Shown here: positions 49,301 to 58,300 of the stretch, in pieces
Layout of the letters: the number at the start of each line of letters is the position of its first letter
Numbering within the stretch: position 1 is the first letter of the stretch
From: Paragordius varius
Taxonomy: Eukaryota; Animalia; Nematomorpha
DNA: 64,000 nucleotides
Assembly: GCA_964247055.1 (NCBI GenBank)
Contig: OZ176055.1
Location: forward strand, 1,612,001 to 1,676,000
Direction: 5' to 3'
Translations under genes and position numbers: made by a program
The notes under the pieces: generated by a model
Seen by the model: the letters and a program-made list of their open reading frames with translations, nothing else
What the model was told of the DNA's origin: nothing
Databases searched by the model: none

Positions 49301-52300
49301 TCGCAACCCTTCCTCATCTTGCACTTCATACGAGAGTAACCCCCTTCTCTCCAGAATGTGACCTGGCCGCCAGCCTACGGCCATTTCATTTTTAATATAG
49401 ACAGGGTCGTTTTGTTGGAATTCGCGTCTCGGTTCATTTTCGTGCTCTATAAATTCGACAGGGGTTGTTTTTACCCAAGAGATAGGATTGTGTACACGCC
49501 GTTTTAGGAATATGGCGGAAGGCGTTTCTTTTAGCGAAGAATGCATGCTAGTTCGATACGAATAAAGGACCGTGTTGATAGCTTCATATGCATGCATTTG
49601 TTGGGTCTTAGTAGCGGCGTATTTCGTTTTTAATGTCTTTATTACTCTCTCGACTAGACCGTTTGTTTTGGGGTGATAGGGTGCTGCACAGATGTGCTTT
49701 ATATTCATATGATTTAGGAGAGTCGTAAATTCTCTTGAAGTAAAATACGGGGCGTTATCGGTCACAATTTGGCGGGGGAAACCAAATCGTGCGATGTGTT
49801 TCTCCAGGCAATTTAAAACGCTTTGACTCGTTATTGATTTGAGAAGATCTATCTCTACCCACCGTGAGGCGCTATCGATAGTCACTAACCAATAATATCC
49901 GTCCACCGGTCCAGCAACATCTATATGTAACCTTTCCCATGTCAAAGTGTTAAAATTCCATCGATAGGGAAGATTTTCAGGTGCGTTAGGTCGATAGGTT
50001 TGGCAAGCCTCGCACCTTTCCACATAATTCTCTAGATCGATGTCTAATTCGGGCCAAAATACCGAACACCGGGCTTGGGCTTTCATTGTTTTTAGCCCGC
50101 TGTGTCCCGTATGCAAAAGTTTCAATATCGTTTCCTGCATCGCTTGTGGTATCACTAAGCGATCATTCAGGTATAACAGATTATAACAACACTCCAAGTC
50201 ATTTTTATGTTTTAAAAAAGGTTTCAGATCTTCGTCGATCCAACTGTTTGTCCTGAGAGCATTTTTAACTTTTGATAACCGTTGGTCAGTGATCGTTGCC
50301 TCTTCGACCACTTTCTTATTTACATCAAGCGTTTTTAGAGCCAAAAATCGTACCTGCTTGGTCGCCGCGTCATCTTCATCATCTGGTTGGCTATGCTCTA
50401 TGGGAAGTCTCGACAACGCGTCGGCTAAGTTTTCTTCCCCTTTCTTGTAAAATATTTCATACTCGTACCCGATGGTCTTCGATATCCACCTGAGCAGTTT
50501 GCTATTATTAATGTTGTTGATATCTCTCTTCCGCCCAAATAGTGACACCAGCGGTTTATGATCTGTATATATCTCGAAAGGTCTTCCATATATAAAGTAT
50601 TTAAATTTTTCTAGGGCAAACACTATGGCCTTGGCCTCTTTTTCGATCGTGGAATAACCCTTTTCTGCTATTGAACAAGTTCGTGACGCGTAAAAAATTG
50701 GGCGTTTCCCCTGTGGGGTCTTATGAAACAGTATTGCCCCAAACCCCTTGTTGGAAGCATCTGTTTCGATCAACAATGGAAAACGGTCGTTAAATGGCAT
50801 TAAAGCGGGGGGCCTGGTTAGCAAGCTTTTTGCTTTCGCGAATTCACTATCATCTGCCGGGGTCCACCGCCAAGGTGTATTCTTTCCACTTAACTTGTGT
50901 AAGGTTGCTAGGTGTGGGTGACAGTTTGGTATAAACCGCTCATGAAAATTTATTAAGCCTAAGAACGAACGTAGCTCAGTTTTGTTTGTAGGTGTCGGAC
51001 AATTTTTAATGGCCTCTAATTTTTCATTGGACGGCTCAATACCTTGGTCAGAAATCACGTACCCCATGTATTTGACTCGTGAGATACCAATTTGCAATTT
51101 GTCTCGGCGCAATCGTAATCCCGCCTCTTGTAACCTTCTAAATACTTCCCTTAATCTTTGATCATGTTCCTCCCTGGTAGCTCCGGAAATTAAGACATCA
51201 TCCAGGTACACACAAATACCAGGTATGTCCTTTAAAAGATTGTCCATGCATCTTTGAAAGATCATAGGTGCTGAAGTTAATCCGAATGGAAGTCGCTGGT
51301 AAGCATAAAACCCTTTGTGAGTTGTGATGGTCACTAGCGTCTGTGACGCCCGGTCTATCGGAAATTGTAAGTAAGCATCTTTCAGGTCTAAAGTGGAAAA
51401 AATTATCCCATTTGCCACTTTGGTGGCCAACTCGTCAAAAGTAGGTATCAGATGAGAATCTTTTGCTAAATAACGGTTGATACTAATTCGGAAATCGGCA
51501 CAAATCCTAATTTCTCCATTTCCTTTAACTATATTTACTGTGGGAGAGGCCCATGTTATTGGGGTTTGGGTCGGATCGATAGGTCGGAGTATTTTGAGTT
51601 TGACTAATCTATCAATTTCATTTTCTACTAAAGGTTTTAGAGTTAAAGGTACCCTACGACAAGGAAAAACTTTAGGTTTGGCCCCGGGGTCGATAAATAA
51701 TTTTATTGGGGGCCCGTTGAAAGTACCTAACTCGTCTGAAAACAATTTGTCAAAATAATCAAATAACATTTTATTATTAGGTGCTTGCGTATGTAAAACT
51801 GAAAAAACATTTTTTGGGAATTCTAACCGAAACGCCCGCATCCAATTCATCCCGAACACGGCTGGCGGGTTAGTTTGCGTCACCACGCAGGGCAGGCACT
51901 TCTCCTCTTCGTTCAAAACCACTGAAATCATCGATTTTCCGAGTACTTCTATCGGGCCATCATTGTAGGTTCGCAAATTTGGAGCTGGGAGCAAACGAGG
52001 TCGACCAATATTTACCCAAGTGCGCTTGCCAATAACGGATACCTCGGCGCCCGTATCGTAGATAAACGTTGTTGGTATATTATTTATTAATACCTGAATC
52101 CGGGGGGTGTTGTTTGGGCTAGTCATGGTGCGGATTGACGGCCGTCGGAACGTTGCCTTGCATACTGTGCTGAAATGATTCCATTTGTCGCAATTGAAAC
52201 ACCGTTTTCCTTTTGCCGGACAGGTGGCGGAACCATGTCGATACCCACAATTACTACATAGCTTTCGGATTATTTGATTGATTGTATTATTATCATTAAC

Positions 52301-55300
52301 AACTGGTTGAATACTTGAAGGAAGTTCACTGGTATTATTATTGTTCATATCATTATTATCTCTGATGTTGTGAACCTTTTTATCTTCTAATTCATAGGAA
52401 TAAGCGATGTCTACAATCGCTTGAAGGGTTACCGGACCCCCGTCCTTTTTGCCATCTGGATATTTGGATTGAATTTCGCGTTCTACTCTGGGATTTTCAA
52501 GACCTACCAGGAATAAATCGCGTAATTTTGACTGAATATCCCCTTCAAATTTCCCGGCTTCACACTTTGCTTTCAGACGTTCCAGGAAATCCATGACTGA
52601 TTCATCTGGCATTTTTTTTAATCGGTAGAATTCAACTCGATTTAACCATAGGCTGCTGATTGGTGAATATATCTGAGTGGCCAAGGTTGCAATTTCCTCC
52701 CATTCCATGTCATCTATGAGTTTCGGAAATGCTAACGTTTCAATTTTCATTATTACTTGAATACCGCCGAAAGCGAGAAAAGTGCGTTTCATTGTGGTGT
52801 CATTGGATTCGATATTTTTGGAATTTAAGACTCTCCTGATGTGACGTATATATTGCGTAAAATTCATCGGTTCCTTAAAAGGCTCCAAAATCAGTTTTGA
52901 AATGTCCAACGCTTGGCTCATTGAAAGAATACGGCACCAATTGTGAGGTTTATTTATTCACGTATAGCAGTATGGTATAATAAAATAGAGTTGAGAGATA
53001 AAAAGAAAAACCAAATAAAAATAGTGAGTTGCTATTATATCACAAGTTCATTTTTATGTGTGCATGCCTTATTTGCGTAGACGTTACACAATGGTTATTC
53101 TCAACAACAGATAAGCTTTAACACGAAATATATATATAATATTCAAATACAAAATAACTGATGCAACATGAATTGAGTGTGTTAACAAAATAGAATATTA
53201 TAACCTTACACCAATAATGCGCGATTCAGAATGATATGCTAAATTATGACATCAAAAAGTTTTTTTCAGAAAAATGATATTCATTTAATTTATAGCAAAA
53301 TTTGTTCAAGCAAGTTAAATATTTTTTGAAGCAGGATAACGGTATGAAAACACTTTATAATTAAAAAAATTTTTAAGTTCTATGTACATTTTCATTATAA
53401 TAAATGTATTTGAGTTTAAACCATAAATTCATGCTCAACAACTTATATTTAACTTTTATTTGTATAGAAATAGTTTTTATTAAAAATCTGAGGAGATAGA
53501 AATGTTCAGCATCCTCAAATGATATAGAAAAAGTATCAATATCCTAAAGTGCTATACCGTTTCCACCATGTTTCAAAGTACCATACTTCACCAAAATTTT
53601 GCAATAAATTAAATTTTTAGACATAATATCCATTTTTTTGAAACAAAACTTTAGTAAAAATGAATATTTAGCACACACAGTTAAAATTTAAATCGCGAAA
53701 TATAAGAATTTTTAAATAGATTTATGCCCCTTTTAAACGGGTCATTGGGATTTTCGGATCCCACATCTAAATGTTTATAAATATTTTTTGTTTTCCAACA
53801 AAATAATGATATTTTTCGGATTGACCATTTTCATTAGATTTTATTTATCATCTTGCGATTTCCGTTATGAGGCAATTACCATAAAAGTGTAAATATTTTT
53901 CTTATACTCGTAAGACCCGAAACCAAAAGCCCCATGAGGATTGTATTGCAATTCCATTAGAAAAATACATATTTTATCATCACGATTTTGAGTGCATTGT
54001 TATTAATATTATTAAAAAAACAAAATTCAAACTTGTATAATTTATATAAAAGATCGCAAACATTTCAATCCGAATACCTTGTGGCATATAGCCCTTATCG
54101 TAACGGAAAATGGATGGGTCATTTAGCACATGATTCATTTAACATAAAAGATGTTGAAGGACGCAATCATAAAGTTAACTCAAAACTTTGCAAATATATA
54201 TATATATTACTAAAAAAATTATATTTCAGATGTTTAAACCATATCATATATAATTATTATTTTCAGTAAATTTTTAGACTAAGTATTCTGCAACTTAAAT
54301 AGATATTAGCTTTAGGGAAAGATAATGTTAAGATTATTAAATAAAAAAATCGGTTATCTCGAATTAGTGTTTAAATGTTATTAGTATCATTTTTATCGTT
54401 AATATTTTAATATAGCATATGAAACGGCTTAAAAAATTTATGTTTGATAAAATATACTTTAATCTCCAAATAAAAATATTGTACATATTGCAGTATATAA
54501 TTATATTTTCAGGTGAACATACAATTCATCTGTATGGAAAAATCGATAAATGTTTTCCCAAACAACGGTGATTTTTGGCAAGGGATTTTAGGTTTATCGC
54601 TGAGAGATTCGGTCCAAGTAATATTATATTTCTTCAAATTTTATTATCGTAAAACAAATTTTTGTCACAAAAATCGATTTTAAATACAGTTAGAATTGAA
54701 ATTATGCAGAAGTATTTAAATTAAAAGACAACCACCATATTTTTAAAACCTTGATTTTTTTTTATAACTCATCGTTTGGGGTGTTGCAAAATAGCGAGTA
54801 GAGATTTAAATTGGTAATATATTATTCATATAATTTAACATTGTAATTATATAGTTTATGTTAATATCAAGGTAATGTATAGCAGCCTTTTAAAAAAATA
54901 TTTGTCTTTATATTTTTACATTTCTGTATAATTTCAATTATTTACTGTGTTTATTTTAAAAAAATGTAATTTTACAGTAAAAATTGAAATATTATACGGA
55001 CAAAACGTAAAAATATAAAGACAATCGTTATTTATTAAATAAATTTAAACTATACTTTTTTATACCAAAGTTGCCATAAAATATATATATATATACAATT
55101 GTAAAATTTATGATAATGTTGCGATTTACATTTTCATAAAAGAAAATATTAAAATGTATGACTGGTTGTCTTTTAGAAAAAAATATTTGTCCTTATATTT
55201 TTATGTTTTTGTCCGTATAATATTAATTTTACTGTACATAAATATTTTTAACTACCTACACAGTGTACAAAATCGGGGATCATACATCTTGATGTAAATT

Positions 55301-58300
55301 GATTCTGAAAGATAAATGTATCAGGACTATTATGGTTTTTTGGTTTTGGCCCTTAAGAGTCATTTAACAAAGTTATTTACACTTTTGTGATAACATATTA
55401 GAAAATGGCAAAATTTGAATACATTTGTAAAAAATTTTTTTGATAATGCTTTATTCCAAATTTCTATTGAAATATATTATAAACTACAATAAAAAGCTAA
55501 ACAATATTTTTATAATATCTTAATCCAAATTTTTGTTCTTTTAAAACAGGCTAGTACTTTTGAATAAACACAAAAATGCCTGAATTTCTGAGAAATTTTA
55601 TTAAATATATGCTAAATTTTGACATAAAAAAATATTTTTTAAAAAATCTTACTTGTAAATTCAATTTTAGCAAATTTTTGTTGAAGCGTACTATTTAGGC
55701 GTGATAGAAATGGTATCAAAATGGTTTTTTAGAAATTGTAAAAAGACTTTTGCTGTATAATAATGATGCTGAACATGTATATCGCGGAATTTTAATTTAA
55801 AGGTTCGTTTACTATCAAATTTTGGTGAATTATATAAAAACACAATTTAAGACAAACAAATATTTTATTCAAAACTCTGAGGTGATAGAAATGTTCAACA
55901 ATATAAAATTATATAGAAATAGTGTTTTTATAATATCTAAAAGCGTTTTTATATCGTTTTCATCATGCCTAAAAAGGATAAGGTACGCTTCACCCAAATT
56001 TTGCTAAAAATTAAATTTTTGTAAAAAGTATGCTGTTTTAAAAAAAATATTTTGTTTTAGAAGTCAAAATTTACATATATTTAAAAGTTTTGTAGCGCGA
56101 TCCCGGCATTTTTAGAAGAGCAAAAAAAACTTGGGATTTTTGGAGCCATTCATAAATTAAGATATTATATTTTTTTATAAGTAATTCATTATATATTTTT
56201 ATGATATTTTTTGGAATGATGTTAGATTTTATAAAAAAAATTCATTGCAAAAAATGTGCTCAAATTTTGCCATTTTCAGATATGGAGGACTTGCCACAAA
56301 AATGTAAATAACTTTCTTATATCACTCGTAAGCCCCAAAACCAAAAGCGCCATGAGATTTGATACTTTTTTATCGGAATATATATATTTCATCATGATTT
56401 TTTATTAGCCAGATACTGTTTCTTACAGAACATTCCAAGAAATAATTGAATTGGAATTTTTTCAAAGTCGCAAAAGTTCATCATTCATAATTAATTTGGA
56501 TAGTAGTGATCCTTCATTGGTAAAATATTGTTATTATCATTAAATTTATTTATATTTTCAAGCGACTTTAATAGTATATACCCTTGAACAATTAAAATTC
56601 ACTCTAAAAAAATTATGTGCTTTCGGGATATTAATATATTTGAACAGAAACCGTTTTTAAAATGTGTTCAAACTGTTAAATATATGTTTTTTGATTTTCA
56701 ACTATTTTATTAATATTGTTTTTTATTATTAAGTTTAACAAGAATACACTATTTTTAGCCTGTTCATTTATGCAGTAAAAGTTGGAATTATACGGGCAAA
56801 ACGTAAATATATAAAGACAAATTTTTTTCCAAAACCGACCATACTCTTTTAAAGCTTAATTTTCCCCATATAATTTTGTTACAATTGTAAATTATATGTT
56901 AATTTTGTAATCAATTTACAATACTACTTCATACTTTGCAATTTTTGAACACGAGCTATAATTAAAAAAATTAAGTTGTAAAAATTGTGCGTGTATTTTA
57001 GAGACAAATATTTGTTTTATAATTTTACGTTTTGTCTGTATAACTTCAATTTTTACTGTATTTTTATGCGATTCAAATATAAATAAGGCCAAAATAACGC
57101 TATCTGAAAACGACCATATTTAATATTAAAAGACCAAAAAATAATGTAAAGTGTCATTTGAAATTTTGACGCTGAGTGTCTTGTGGTTCATTAAATCAAC
57201 AAATCACAAATTATATAAAATAAATTACTTTTTTGCGTTTTTTTTATTAAAAAACAACCATTTTTCATCCAAATGCAACATTTTCTTATGTGTTTTTGCA
57301 TAAAAAAATGTCGTGTTTGGTCAAAATAATTCTGCATTTGCTTGAAAAAATGTTGCTTTTGACTAAAAAATAGTATATATATCAGATTATCTATCCGAAT
57401 ATCCCATCGTCATCCTTCCCATACAACTCTGTTTTTACACTTATGGGACAAATTGATACAATAAAAAATGCATATCAAGTTTCCTTACATCGCAAAAAAT
57501 GGTTTTATGAACCTCATCTTCATTCAATTATGCTTGATCCCATCAAACAATCCTTGATTCATGATTGTAGATATATGTCACTATATGATGTCAGCATAGA
57601 TACAGGGAAAAGAGATTTAAGCCTCCCTGCCGATATCTATGAACGCTTTCTAGATTTCCTTTCAAGTGCCATGTCTAAGGTTTTTTAATTATGACTGCAT
57701 TTGTTAATATTATATCACTTTAGGTTTAATTTTGGGGTATTTTTGAATTATTATTTATATAATTAATCATAGCTTGTTCGTAAAATTTGGAAAACGCTAT
57801 GAGAAATAAAGGCAAAATTAAAATGTGCCATGATTGTGCATTGGAAAAATTTTTTTAATATGGAGCAATGGTTAGAAATAAAATGATTAAAACATACAAT
57901 CTAACTTTAATTTTAAAATGTTACAAAAAGCATTTTTGTGGTTGTGTTTTTTATTAATGTTAAAATTATCGCATTAGATCGGACAATAAAAATTGATCTC
58001 TGGAATTTTTTAAAATTAACTGCAAAATATTAAGAGTAGAGCTTAAAAATTTTGGTTTTCAAACTAATAAACGGACTCCAAAATTTGATATATGAGATCC
58101 AAACATAAACAATGAGTGGTAAAACTCAAAGTAGCAGGCTGTCGTCCTGGATATCCTTAAGTTAACAATTAAAAACTTGGCTGACCTTTATATAATTCCA
58201 AATTTTTAGGATCCCGCTAAAAATATATTTTATTCAATATATCAAAATAATTTTTAGACCAATTTGATCGAACTAACACCCTATGATAGTCAAGCTCGTA

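Larger units (their letters stand above)
48681..53210 (-). mobile_element. Intact Ty3/Gypsy LTR retrotransposon (Mag-like), 4530 bp
   Basis: Two 269-bp LTRs with TG...CA ends, 5-bp TSD CCAAT (48676-48680, 53211-53215), PBS, PPT and one uninterrupted gag-pol ORF. Confidence 0.97.
48338..54001. mobile_element. Foldback element, family F1 (~1.13 kb net), interrupted by the Gypsy insertion
   Basis: Left TA|CATTGTGCATAAAATCAAGGG and right GATTTTGAGTGCATTGT-TA. The host arm continues across the LTR element (AAACGCAAAAATG-CCAAT...CCAAT-AATGCG...ATATGCTAAATTATGACATC). Confidence 0.65.

Noticed and set aside
48984-51758. Plus-strand ORFs at 48984, 49147, 50296 and 51477
   Set aside because: Antisense shadows of the GC-richer gag-pol ORF.
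49001-52921. Functional link between the retroelement's aspartic protease and the host aspartic protease gene
   Set aside because: The element is antisense and intronic with no splice connection. The co-occurrence is most simply coincidence.
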